From Bispira polyomma (Eukaryota), in NCBI GenBank assembly GCA_965649765.1, contig OZ287749.1, forward strand, positions 5,766,001 through 5,830,000: a stretch of 64,000 nt of DNA, given 5' to 3'. The notes under the pieces were generated by a model. The model searched no databases. It saw only the letters and a list, made by a program, of their open reading frames with translations, and was not told where the DNA came from. The translations under genes were made by a program, and so were the position numbers. Below are positions 28,801 to 43,800 of the stretch, one piece after another (within the stretch, counting starts at the first letter, position 1; each line of letters begins with the position of its first letter).

Positions 28801-31800
28801 CGGGGATGGAATCCAGGCAAACACAAGTTTCTTTTACTTGTTTACATGGTCGAGATGCCTCAAGATCTCCCCGTCTCAGCCAAGCGAGTTGCCTAGTAGT
28901 ATCATGATGTAGTAGTATAAGACCTAAGGACAGGTCTTCATGGAGGAGAGGCATGTCATATCAATGCATATCAGCGAATTAAACACTCAACCTTCCGGGT
29001 TAGCTTAACTGTTAAGTGGTTGACCATTAATCTCCAGAACCACAAGATCCAGTGATCAAAACACAGCAGAGCCAAGTTTTTTTCAGTTGTTTACAATATA
29101 CAGAATTGCAAAAAAAATAATAATTTGTAAGATTTTATACCCGAGGGATTCATCTGTACACTTATGGGGTGTCTTATTGCTTTAAATCCAGTGAAAAATA
29201 TTGCAGGTTATAAATTACACAAGAGGAGAATGGCCTAGCAGCCATATCATTATAATGCCACTATAAAGCAAATTACTGACGAGTCTGAAAATAGTGAACC
29301 AGTTAAAAAGACGGGTCTTCAAAAACTTCTCTTATCGCTCACAGCTCTCATTTTTCATTAAATATTAAACAAATCAAGGGTACTTGCATCTATTAAGGGT
29401 TTTCACCTTTTTGTCAAGTCGTGAAGTGTTGTCACATAATTTACTGCATCCTATTTAACTTTATAGATATTTTGCAAAACTTTTAATTTTTCCTTTTGCA
29501 CAGACTGTATAGATCGTTCGGTATGCAGATTTTTCGCGACAATAAAATTTTGACTGCCACATAGAATTTACAGTAATATATGTATGTATAATATAAAGTC
29601 TACTATCTCAGTCAATATTCAATCAAATTTTATTCTGTAAAAAGGGCCAGAAAGTCTATTAATTGCTGTTTCATGATATATAAATCTTAAAATTTTAGCT
29701 TGAGTAATAACAGAGAAATCATAATTTGATCAATGCTCATTTATCTCAAAACTTTTAAGATTTTTACAACAATTTCTTCACAAAACTCAACTAATATTTA
29801 TTGGATCTGGAAACTGTTTGGACTGTCGAAAAGCACAAAAATGATAGCTTTCTGGTGATACAAAAACCAAATTAGGAAGAGGGTATTGATTGTTTCACTG
29901 CGTATGCTCGGAGATCATGTGACCTTTCTTCATACTCTACTTTCAATTACAAAAACAACGAAAACTATCCATCAATGAATTGGCTGATGAGATCACTTAA
30001 TTTATTCTACAGAGACGAAAAATTGTCTAGAAACTAAAAAAACGGAAACGTGAAATACACCGAATATAAAATAGAGCCTTTATTATCTGAACATGTTGGG
30101 AGAGCAAGACTTTGTTTGGATAACAGAAAAGGTTCATAAAATAGACATTTCTGTATAAAACAATAGAAAAACATAAATTTGGGAGAGTAGAAAGGTGTTC
30201 ATAAAATTCAGTGTTCGGCTAATAGAAGTTCAACTATAAATATAGATAAGGTATATAGTTACCCAAGCCTGGAAAGCCTCCCTGAGATATTCTGTCAAAG
30301 CCTCCAGCTCATCCTCATCCAGTCCACTGAACTCAATCAACTTGATGACATCAGCAATAGTTGTATTTAGAAGGGAGTCCACAGCTGTCACAAGAAGATA
30401 TAGCCATTAATAACAATGCAATTGAAGGGTGCCTAACAAAGACATTTTTTTTGTATATGACAAATAAAATAAACTAGGACACAAGTGTTTGACACAAGTG
30501 TTTAAAATTTAGATTACATGATTTTTTTGTCCTTGTGTTTTGCTCCATCCAAAAACAATTTGTAATTACACTTACATTAAAAGCTTTATATTAATGTGTT
30601 AGCCAATATATTTAATGTCCTCTGGTTATTACATTCAGATTTTCTTTCTGTTGAAGGAAATATTTAGGGTATAGTTTATGGATAGCTGAAGTCACCAAAA
30701 CACACACCACAGTTAAATCAGTTAAGACAAAGAAAAGTCTGAGAATAGCAGTTTAAAATCTTTGTGAATATATCTCCACTTAATATGTAAAATTTTACAA
30801 GAAAAATATTTCTATTCAGGCCCAACTCTAGACTTACAAGACGCTGTTGTAGTTAAGGACAGAGCATTACTGGTACTAGTGTCATCACATGACTTCATGT
30901 CCAGTTCTGCCTCTGTGATAAACATGATAACATCCTGACATTCCTCAGATTTCGTGGAGCACCACCTGACTCCCAGGGACACCTACACAAACAAATAAAC
31001 ACCTACATAAACACAGGTACTGTCATCTCTGTAATAAATGACCCCAGGGGCCCTGTGTTTTTATTAAGGGGTGGGTGTGGGGGAGGGGAGGGGGGCTATT
31101 AAATAAAAAAAAAATTTTTGATATATGTTGAGGTGTAACATATATTGTTAAAAAATCATAAGTCAATGACATTTAAATGCTGATTTGTAGTATCATACAA
31201 CTGTCTAATACAAGTCAGTTTTTTTTTATAATTTCAAACACTGCCTGAAGAAGAAATGCAACAATGTCTGATAACAATTTAGTGTAGTACCTGTTGACAT
31301 ATCGACATTTATAGTTATCTAAAAATATCTCTAAAAAGGGAGGGAAGAGGGGCTCACATTATAGAGGGGGGTCTTCATCACAGAAAATATGGTAGTCATC
31401 AAATCTCTTTTACAGAACCTAATCTTCAAACAATATTACACAAGTAAATCTGCATTGAAAGACATTTGAATACTTTCCTGCATGGGAGTTGAATAATGTT
31501 TTGGGTGGGGACATCAAATGAAGGTTATCGGTTATCAATGCTCTTGCCAAATACAATGCCGGAAATCACCGTTTATACATATTTGATCATACCGAATTCA
31601 AATGACAATAGAGTAATACATGCGGTCTGCACTGAATCAATTAAATATTAACTCAACTTTCAGTTTTTTCTCTATCTGATTATTCTTTTGCTTACCGATT
31701 TGGATGTGCTCCACAGAGGATGCCTAGAAGTAAAAACATTACCATTTAAATGATAGTATACGGGTGGGGGGGGGGGGGGGGTGGACCAATCTATGGAGAA

Positions 31801-34800
31801 TGTTACCTTGAGTACTCCACCCTCTTGTTTCACTCTATACACCACCTGTAGCTGGGCCACATTGAGTAACTGCACATTGCTCTCCACTGGTTCACTGCCA
31901 GCTGCAGCTGTAACAAAGACACAGACAGTAAGCTCTATTGGAACACGCTTTTCTCATCCACACATGCAATTTGGATGACTGGATTCTTAAACAATTTTTC
32001 AATAACATTTAACCAATTTCTTCAAACTCGCTTAACCCCCCAGACAGTTTCCTGTCCCAGTACACCCCACATCCTTCCTTACCACCTTGGCTATGTCTTG
32101 TTTTACCTTCTCTATTAGTTAATTGATTTGGTTGTTTCGTCAATAAGGTGCATTACAAATACAAAATACACTACTATTTAATGAATCTACTTCCTCAATT
32201 TTTATAGTCCTACAACTTCTATTATCCATGCAATGAACATTCTGCTATCGAAACAAGCATTCCATTGTACGTTCAATTCTTTAGTCTTACCACTGGGGAT
32301 AGAACAAAAATGATGGAGGACTGCTACATTAAGTGATCATAAGAATCACTGTATATCTGCCTGGAACTGGTTGCCAAAGATTGGAATTGAAACCAGGTTT
32401 CCTACATTCCTCAAGCAGTGTGGTACATACTATGCCACTGTGGCAGATACTGGTATAATGGCAAGCTACTGGATGGCTTTGCTTGAGCAGTCAAGAAAGG
32501 AGGTTTTTTGAATACCATAAGCATTTTGAATGGCAGATAAAGGTAGATGAATGCACAGAGTATTGTACTACTACTGCACTTAAGTCCCATAAAAGTTCAC
32601 CACACCAGCTCAAAGGCCAAATAAACACAGCAACTATATGCATAGCAGTATTGTTTTTTTGTCAATGATATTATAAATCACACTTGTATTCTCTTCATGT
32701 CTACAATGTACACATATTTTCTGTACAGTACGGTATACATTTAAATACAACAATAAGGATGTGGGCATATATGCAGGGAGGGAACTAAGAGGAGTAAGAG
32801 GAAGGTGTACGTTTTCTCTTAAACCCAGAAAGTGTTTCTAGTGATCCAACCTTTTCCCATATCAGACTATTATTTTGCTTACTAATTGGGATTTTCTCCA
32901 CAGAGTATGCGTGGCTATTTGATTGGGGCACTATAGAAGGAAAAAACATTAACATTAATTGTTTGAATGAAACCTTTTTTCTATTTTACTCACTGGCATC
33001 TGGAGACACTTCTATCACTTTAGTCCACTTGCCAACTCCAAGGATTACACTCGCAATACAGGGATCATATCTCACAAATGCCGACACAGCGTGTCTGTAA
33101 ATGAAGAACTTGAGGTCCAGACAACACGACAGTCCCAGACAATCCGACTGGTATGAACAGTAGATGTTTTCAGTGACATGACTCTTTAGGCCAAAGCATT
33201 CTGGGAAATACAGAAAATTAGCATCTTAAATGTCATATTTACTTCATTGTTTTACTATATATACACATTGTGAATGTGAACGTCTAGAGTTTTGTCAAGT
33301 GGGTTTCACTAAGATTTAAAACCACCTGCACAAAGCTCATCGCAAGAGAACTGAATTGGACTAGATTTTCACAGCCTCATTGTGCACTTAGGCACTAACC
33401 AATATGTGTAACTCATGAATGTGTTTTCAATCCACAGCAAGGGGCCGCGGTCAACCTTCAAAAGAGAATCTAAATCTAATAGCCTAAATTAAAGTAAGCT
33501 TTAAGATTAAAATTTAAAAGTTACAAAACATTGTAAAAATTAAATTTAAAAAATCTATTTTCTTAAGATTTCACCAATTTAAAGCTTTTTGTAGAGCAGT
33601 TTAAATTGTTAATGTACTATTATTTCACTCTTCTGGCTGCATAGATGGTTGTGTTTTTTGTTTTAATAATTTGTTGTTAATATTTGAATTTATGCATATT
33701 TCAAAGATGACTTTGACATATTATATGCTGTTTAGATCACACTTTTTGGTTCACTATAGGATATTTTGGCCAGCCCCATGGCTGCTCTGAATGACTATAG
33801 CATTTGTAAATAGTAAATAATACTCACTGGTTTCAGACTCCAGATATCTATTTAGCAGTGTCTGTCTGGCGCCAGAAGTCGACTTTCCTCGTAGAGTTAA
33901 GGCAGCCTTCAGTTCTTTGTCATCCAAGGAGTTTGGATTGGTACACGTCTCTTGATTCACAAATGTCTGCCAATAGATAAAATTACATACATCCTTTAAC
34001 CCATGGACAACAATAGTTAAAAAAAAATTATCAATATGCGGAGAATAAACATAGTTTATACCAGATACCGCAAAGCTTCAAAATCCCCCAGCCATTACAT
34101 GTTGTCAAAAGAAGGAAAAGAAATAACTAATCAGGGCTGAAATGGGCCTATAAAAATGGCTTGAGTAATCGCAAACATCTGGCCACCTTGAATCCGGGTA
34201 TCCATGCACTTAGTATAAAGAAATCCCAGACACCAGTCTCAACGATGTACACAAACTCCATCAAGCAAAAGTAGTAAATTTCTGGGAAAATACTGAGGAA
34301 ATTATTGGGAAAAACATATCTTAGATGCAAAAATTAGACTAAAATTTTTGTTTTGACGAAGTGAACTAGATACCTAGGCGATAATGTACTAATAAATTTT
34401 AAAGATCTTTGTTGGATAACAGAATGTTTCTCCACATAAAAGGCTAATCAACATAAGAGAGTTATTTTTAAGGTATAATGGCTTAGAGTATGTGTATTTG
34501 TAATCAAAATTTATACTAATTTATCTCGAACTGATCAACACAAGTAACTGTCATTCCCCAAATGTAGACAAAGGCTTCAGGATGACCATTTTTTATTATA
34601 TCGCTAAAGTTCTTTAGCTTGCCACTGGGGATTGTACCCAGTGACATGAAACTGATATTTAAGTGGTAATCAGAGCCGCTACCTACATGGTCGCCCAAGG
34701 CTGACATTGGAACCTAGGTCCTGTGGGCTCCTATTAATGAGTTGTGTCACTCGCAAGGCCACACAGTGGAAGATTGATAAATAAAATAGATTGATGATTA

Positions 34801-37800
34801 CGAAAGGAATTTTAACAAAAAGTTGTCTCAAACTGACATCGTAATACGTATCACATGTTTGTTTACTTACCTCCACCTTGAGAAGGAGCTTGATTATTTT
34901 CTCCTTCAATCCAGACAGTCCAAAGTCATCCAGATAATCCAGGGCCTTCCCTAAGGTCACCTTGTTAATGTTCAGGCTGAAGATTTCTTTGAGTTTGTCA
35001 AACCCTGGTAGTCCTAAGCTCTTGGTGAAATCTGAAAAGGTCAGACAGAATAAATAATCAGTGAATATAGAGGAAAAATTACAAAAAATTATCACACAAG
35101 TCATATAAAATTTGTAACCCAAATAAATATTTTTTATGTTTTATCCCTTAGCCATGATTTTTAAATAATTATAGTGATTTACCTCATTTTCTGCCATTCT
35201 ATATATATTTCAACAAGGAAAAGATCATAAACTGTGTGTACTAAATTGATGAAATAGCCAAATTTCCGGAAATATAATAAATAAACACCCTCACTTGGGT
35301 GTTGATTTCTGATCCTTTGTAATAAAACTCACTTTCTAGCTTGTCCACAATGTTATCAAATACGGCCCTCTTTTTCCTTCCAGTTGTTTCATCAGTGATT
35401 TCTGCCACGTTGACCTCAGAGCTGTCGGGTTCATTCGGTATGTCCGGTGTCTCGTCCTCTAACTGGGGATCCTTGGTCACTTGACCTGAGGATATTGTCT
35501 TTCCCTTTGTTTATAAAATAGACAAACCGTTTTTGGTTTAAATGAAAATTTTGGCCGGAGACCTGAAGGGATAGCTGGAGTCAATAAAAAACACACCATA
35601 GAATACATACAGCATTCAACTTTGGAATCATCTTTTTTTTCAACAATGGCATCATGTACAAATGTTTAATGGGGTATAGTTTAAACTAGGGATTCCTATT
35701 GCGATGAACTGAATGAAAAAGTTGCCGGCCACATGCTAGTTTAATTTTATGAATATAGGCCATGTTAATGTTCTCTCTTTGAAAACAGAGAATAGTTACC
35801 GAAGTCCCAAAGGACTTAAATTACACATTAACAGTTACAATTATATATTTGTGTCTGAATCACATTGATTTCTTGATTCCTATTTATGACATCAATAAGT
35901 GTACACTACAATAAGTGTACACTCATTGAAAATAGTGGCAAACTTTTTTCAATGGGAAAATCCCCAGGTGTAATTTGAGAGAAGTTCAGTGACTCACTTA
36001 CCAGCCAGACGAGTTTGTAGTGGTCACACTCTTCCCTCCACTTTGGTGGTGGCATCTTCCTTCTCTCCATGTATCTAGAAGGGTTAATGTAGTCTCCAGT
36101 GACATTAGTCTTCCTCATAGAGAAGTGGACGTGTCCATCTAAACACCACCTGGGGTTGGACACTGTACCAATGACATCACCAGCCCCTACCTGATAGATA
36201 TATAATAGTCATTACAACACAGCCAGATAGGGCGCAAGTCGGCTGACCAAACCACCACCTGGGGTTGGTCACTGTACCAATGATATCACAAGCTCAAACC
36301 TGATAGAGATATAATAAGCTATTACAACACAGCTAGACAGGGCGCAAATTTAGCTGACTAAAACACCTTATTACATCTCAAATTTCCGCCAATCTAAATC
36401 AAAGTAGCATCAAGTCATTCAAAAATTCAAATATTCAATCCTAAAATTCAAGACAGGTGGGCACGAAAACAAGATTCAATCTTCATATGATCAGGTATAT
36501 TGCACGAGTCACTACCACCCATGACAACTGACCATGGCAACTAAATATCAACCTCCGAAAAGTTTATTCAGATCTATGAAATGTATCAAGATATCTGCAC
36601 TGTGGCTTGGTGGACAACACACTTGCTTGGGAATACAGAGGAAGTGGGTTCAATCCCAACCTGGGCCTCTCAGGCACAAGGAGACACAAAGTTAGTTATG
36701 TTGTTAGTGGAATTGAAGTACCTGTAACTTGGTTTTTAGTTGGTGGCATTGGGACAGACAAAAAATGTTATTTAGTACTTTGGATACCAGACAAATATAG
36801 GGAAATAATAATTATTTAGAGTAATCTGTACCTGTTTATGGTTCAGATCTGGATTTAGCTCCACATTAATCATGACGATCTGTGTGTCCTTCAAATCCTC
36901 CACATCCAAGGTCACCTGGGATTTACCAAACTCACTGGTGTCGTGGATATAGCCATTAAACGGAGCCACAATCTGAAAGGACAATGTGAATAATATCATA
37001 CACATATATATACATGTATATAAATTGAGTTATCAGCTAACTTTTTCAACATTTAAAATATTTATAGATAATAGTGACAAGTGGGAATTTTCACTAGATG
37101 TCAATTTTGAGCTATTTTGGGGAAGAAGTGCTTGGGTAGTGAAGATTAATTGCCACCCCAATAACTGTCACTCCCCTAATTGAAGACAAAGGCTTGGGAT
37201 GACAACACTTATGGATGTCTCCTATAGGTTCTCTGGCCCTGCACACTGGGTTTTGGACCCTTTGACAGAGGTCTGTCATTTTTATGTGGTCATCCAAATC
37301 ACTACAGTGCAACCTCTGTAATCAATCTGCATGGATAGCAGTAGGCTCACGAAATGGAAGAACTATTAGTGCATCAAGAAATAGAAAGAATATATATATG
37401 AACTATATGAACCATATGAACTATATAAAAGCAAATTTGAAACAGAACCCTACCTCTTCTTTAATTTAACAAAGAGAGAGATCTTTACTTGCTACAATTT
37501 TCATACTGGTATACTTCCCTTAAGGATTGAGACTGGTAGATTTCACAATATAAAATACCATGTAACAGGAAAACTTCGTAGATATAAACCTGAGGAACAG
37601 CTGTGTCAAGTTTGTAAATCGAATGAAGTTGAGGATGAAATGTATTTTTTATGTACCTGTCCCCTATATAATTCTATTAGGAAAAAATTATATTCAAAAA
37701 CTATTGCAAGAGAACAAAACTTCAATAATCTAAATGTACGAGAAAAATTTGTATATACTGTACCTATGATCTTGTGAAATATGTGCTTAAAGCATGGAAT

Positions 37801-40800
37801 GTTAGAAACCAAAATTTATTTTTGAAAAATTATATTTTGATGTATGTATTTTTTCTGTATTTAAACATGTTTAAATTTTGCAAAACGCTGTGTAACTAAA
37901 TTGTGTTAAATGTGATGTATAAGCCCTGTATGAGGCTGGGCAACTAAAAAAGTGTATTGCTTAATATGACACCAGAATGATCAATAGGATATAACACCAT
38001 TTGACAAGATCTACACATACCCTTGTATGACTATGTATTAGGATCACGATTAATGTTTTTTCAATTCCGATGTTGCCCTCAAGAAGATGCCTGATATCAA
38101 TCAAGCGGGTTACAAATGTTCACAACAAAATTCATACCATGTATGATATGTATTGTAAACTCCTGAGGTGGACTTGTATTTTGATGTGTGTTTTTTTAGT
38201 GTAAAAAATGTAACTAAATTATTTTTACTTAAAACAGGAATCTACAATACTAATAGAATGCCCTAGTCATCTCATTTATCTGTAGAGTCATTTTTCTCTG
38301 GCAATCCGTACTGATGTTTCTCCAAACCTCAAAAATTTATAGTCGCTTCCTATTCATTTTAGAATTCTATTTAAAATCCATGTCACAAGTTTCAAAGCTG
38401 TTGTCTTCTCAACACCCATCCTACCTTGTTACTCGTATGTTTTTCTCTACCCTCAAGAGAGGAAAGACACTTACTATTTCTTCTGTTTAACCCACCAAGA
38501 GGGCTGGATCTAGAGCTTCCTTAATTTCTGACCCTAAACTATAGAAAAGTCTCCCAACTCAGCTCAGATTCCTTGAGACACTTTCTGGGTTTAGGAGAAA
38601 ACCGAAAACCTATCTCCTTAATCTTAATTACCCCCTTAGTTCCATTCCTGTACACCCCAACATTCTTTCTTATGACCTGGTTATACTTTTTCTACATCTT
38701 GATTGGTTAATTAATTCTGTTGTTGTGCTTTAGAAGATGCCTTGCATCAATAAGGCCAGTTAAAAATGCAAAATACACCACAAAATAAAATTGAGAAGGA
38801 ATCTCTTACCGGTGATCCAATCTCTGCCCCAGCATCAACACCTTCATGTTTGTAGTTGTTCTTCCCAGTACTGGGCCAGAATCCACTGCCGCAGGTTTCC
38901 GACTCTAAATACTTCCTAGGAAATGCCTTGTTTATCTTCGGGCCAAACACTAAATCTAGCAGAGTTCTGGCTTCCTGGTACCTGCGGTTATAGTTGATAG
39001 TCCTTATTATGCCACAATAAGTTTGTTTGATGAATCTATCTGACATACGTATACCATGTATATTATATTTAAAATCTTGAGTCATTTATTAGTGACATTA
39101 CAGCCATCTGTACATACAGTAGAACCTCTATTATCTGAACATGTACAAAGAGGAAGATTTTGTTCAGGTACTAGAAAGTCCATCAAATTGAAAACTCCAC
39201 ATAAGAATAAAGCAATAGGAAAACTTAAATTCGGAGTGTCAAAATTTGTACTTTAATTAATATTTACCTTATGCCTAGCAAATGCTTGTAAGATGTAGAC
39301 ACAGCTTTACCCATCTAACAACAGTTTCTAGTCTTAGATATATGGACAGATGTAAACACAGCCTTACCCTTCTGACAACAGTTTTCAGTCTTAGATACAT
39401 GGACAGATATAAACACAGCCTTACCCTTCTAACAACAGTTTACAGTCTTAGATATATGGACAGATGTAAGCACAGCCTTACCCTTCCAACAACAGTTTAC
39501 AGTCTTAGATATATGGACAGATGTAAACAGAGCATTTCCCTTCTAACAACAGGTTCCAGTCTTAGACTTATGGACATATGTAACCACAGCCTTACCCTTC
39601 TAACAACAGTTTCCAGCCTTCCTTCACATTGTTTACTGTTTCTGTAAAGAACTTGTAGGTCTGTAAAAACGGGTCCAGAAAGCGTTTGATGTGCTCTAAT
39701 GGACCCTGGAGTAAATCTTCTTCTAGAATCTTCCACACTTCTAACAATGCTTGTCTCTTCATGGTTTTCTATGGAAATGTATTTTAGGATATCATAGAAG
39801 AAATGTGAATAAATATATTGGTAATCAAGTATTATTTTTTCAAGACAAAATAAATAAATTTTTGTTTGTGAACAAATTTGATTTACTGGGTTAATCTAAA
39901 AAAAAAATTGTTTACAAAACAAATTTAATTTTGATAAAATATCATATGAACAAAAAATGTCTGTAAAAACACAAAAGGTTAAATTTTAACGCAAATTTTT
40001 CGTTTTTGTTATAAAATAGTATCTTGTTTGAAATAAAATTATTTCATGCAAAACAAAGTCATCTGGACAAATTGGAATTGTTTAACTTGTGACATATGTG
40101 GAGCGGGGTGGTCATCCGGTTTGCAAGACAGTGAAGCATTGACATTGACAAACATAGCAACATAATGAGAAGATTCGCCAGCAGGACATTGAATGCGAAT
40201 AAGAGCCAGAGGGGAAATGAAATTTAAGGATTCTGGAGAAACACAGAGATAAATAAAACAGGAAAGATAAAGACAGCAAGAAATCAAGGAACGAGAGAAA
40301 CAGAGGCAAAAGAGATTGAGAATGAGAGCAACAGCAAGAGATTAAAAAATAGGAGAGACAGCACGAAAAAAGGAAGAGAGAGCATGAAGAATGGCAGAGA
40401 CAGCATGAAGAACGGGAGAGACAGCACAAAGAATGGGAGAGACAGCACAAAGAAAGGAAGAGACAGCACGAAGAATGGGAGAGACAGCATGAAGAATGGG
40501 GGAGACAGCATGAAGAATGGGAGAGACAGTACACAGAATGGAAGAGACAGCACAAAGAATGGGAGAGGCAGCACAAAGAACGGGAGAGACAGCATGAAGA
40601 ATGGGAGAGACAGCACAAAGAACGGGAGAGACAGCACAAAGAACGGGAGACAGCATGAAGAATGGGAGAGACAGCACGAAGAATGGGAGAGACAGCATGA
40701 AGAATGGGAGAGACAGCACAAAGAATGAGAAAGACAGCATGAAGAATGGGAAAGACAGCATGAAGAATGGGAGAGACAGCATGAAGAATGGGAGAGACAG

Positions 40801-43800
40801 CATGAAGAATGGGAGAGACAGCACAAAGAATGGGAGGAAGAATGGGAGAGACAGCATGAAGAACGGGAGAGACAGCATGAAGAACGGGAGAGACAGCACA
40901 AAGAACAGGAGAGACAGCATGAAGAATGGGAGAGACAACATGAAGAATAGGAGAGACAGCACAAAGTATGGGAGAGACAGCACAAAGAACGGGAGAGACA
41001 GCACGAAGAATGGGAGAGACAGCATGAGGAACGGGAGAGACAGCATGAAGAATGGGAGAGACAGCACACAGAACGGGAGAAACAGCATAAAGAATGGGAG
41101 AGACAGCATAAAGAACGGGAGAGACAGCACAAAGAACAGGAGACAGCACAAAGAACAATATGGCTGGAACACATACTTTAGAATTGCACAGTATAGAATA
41201 GTGAACAAATATAAGTTTTTGTTTGTAAATACAGAGCTACATCATTTATGTGACAAACTTACTAAACACACTGTGTGTTACACAAATGGCTATAACTTAA
41301 GGTATCCATTCATGAATGTAACTTGTTATCCTCACACAATATTTATCAACTGAAAGGGTTCAACTGTATCTTTTAAATCTACCCATCAATTACATGGCCA
41401 TTTTATAGGTTACATTACCAGGTTCACCCAGTATATCTGTCCATAGAGTATCTGTACTATACATTACCAGGTCCACCATAGAGTATCTGTACTATACATT
41501 ACCAGGTCCACCTAGTATATCTGTACTCTACATTACCAGGTCCACCCCAGTATATCTGTACTATACATTACCAGGTCCACCCCAGTGTATCTGCCAGCCT
41601 CCTCCTCATCCTCATCAGATCCTCCTTTCAGCCAATCAACGGTGTCCTCTATGGCCTGTTTGATTTCTAGTGCATCCTCCCAAAGGTCGCCCAGTACTTT
41701 AGAGAAGTCAAACCAGTAGGGACGGTTGTCTGAAACATAGGACAAGATGGTCATATGTAGCAACCTACTCTATAAAGATACTCAAACTGAGACTCAATTC
41801 AGATTATTGTGTAACATGTATATAAATACCACCCAAGGAAACCCTGAAAAGTGGTCTTTATTAACAGGTGGTCTTTATATAGAGGTTGAATACTATTAAC
41901 CATTAGTCCTTGGGAAATGAAACGGTGGTCTTTATTCAGAGGTGGTCTCTTGAGCATGTTTAACTGTATCTGCTTTCAAAATGACCTTTAAACCAATAGG
42001 GATAAGTGTCTGCAAAATAGAGGGGTCCTATGTGGTCTACTGGGTAACATAGTTGTTTATGAATGCAGAAGACCTGGGTTCGATCCCAGTCTGGGACTCC
42101 TAGGTACAGGCAGATACATAGTGGCTCTAACAACCACTTAAAATGGTCAGCCTCAGTCATTGGGTCCTATTCGCAGTGGCAGGCGAAAGAATCTTGGGAA
42201 CTTTGAAAAGATGGTTATACTCAAGCCTCTCTCTTCAGTTTGCAGAATGGCAGTTACTGTTGCTGGTTGGCTGTACTTGTGCAGTCAGGAAAAGGTTAAC
42301 TAGCACTTTAAATACCATATATACCCTCCCGACCCCCATGCACACACACACCCAACAATTACTTCCCTCCCTGTACACACCAACATCTTTCTTTTCAACC
42401 TGGATGTGTTTATTTTACTTCTCAATTGGTTGATTGATTCTGGTGTTAGTCTTTAAAAATGCCTTGCATGACTAAGGTGCGTTAAAAATGAAAAGTACAA
42501 TGTAGGGGCACTTGTCTGAGGGGTGATATTTGTAAAGTATTCTCAAGTGCAATTTTATGCACAACTCAAATTATGCTGACAAAGTAGTGGCGGTTGTTTA
42601 TTCAGCTAGTTAAAGGATGGATTCTAACTTGACACTGTACACAGTATGTGATATAAGAATATCCAATGTTCTGATCACTCGATGAAAACTTTCCTATTGT
42701 TTCAATAAATATTAGTGACTGGCAACCGAGAAGAACCCTGTTTAGCCGCATTGAAATTGTGAAACATCTACACTTAAGCAAGATTTCTAATTAACTGGGT
42801 TGAACTTAATTATGACACTATATATATATTATCACAAAACATGACTATACATAGAATAATACACAATTTCAATCACTCAAATATCCAGTCAGGTTTTCCT
42901 TCACTTCTCTCTAGCCAGAGATATGGGGAGTTCAGATATGAGCTTGTGTCTGAGGTGAGCTTGAGATCTTTGGAGATTATGGACACAGAAATACAAGATG
43001 AGTAGCTAATAACAGTAATGGAATTACCTTTGTCAAAAATATTGGCTTCAACGATTTTATCTTTAGCTGCCAGAACTGCTGCCACAGCTGCGGAAATCCT
43101 TTAGAAAAATATAAACATTAAGTTGGGATAAAAATGTAGTTCTTAAACTGCACTTTTTTATGATGGTTTAGTGATGGCTGTACCAATCTATAAAAAAAAA
43201 CCAAGCATGTGTTTTATGTCATAAGAAAATATTTAATGAAGAGTACTATTAAGTGTCAGGAAAAGCTGCAATTATAATCAACAATATGTTCAAGGATATA
43301 AAGTTTCTGTTAGCATTTTTATTTCAAAAACATCTTATTAACCCTTTTGACCCGAAGAAAAAACTATCGCCCTGAACTTTAGAAAATTTTGCGCGTAATA
43401 GGTTAGAAATATAACCACAACCAAATATAGTCACGAAAACGTACACCACAGACTACTTCCGGTGTAACACCAAATTTTGCATCCCTGTCATATTTTACAC
43501 CCTCTCTTTTTCTTTTAGGGAGCGCATTATATGGCTGAAATATTTTACACCCCCATCATTAAAGATCAAATTAGTGATATCTATTCTGTCTGGAGGAATG
43601 GCAATTAAGCTTAGGCAATCGTTTTTCACTACATCTATGTTATTTAGACCTCATTTACACTCTATTTAAGTAATTGTGGAAAACAAAAAGTCAATGATTT
43701 AAAACACATGGTAAAATGACATGACCAATTTTTTTGTATTTTCAGTTAAAAAACATGATATTTACAACATTATTTTTAACTTTGATTATAGAGTATAAAA

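Noticed and set aside
40112-41353. Long overlapping ORFs (250-348 aa) on both strands
   Set aside because: Translations of the 21-bp minisatellite; exons 18 and 19 join in phase without them.
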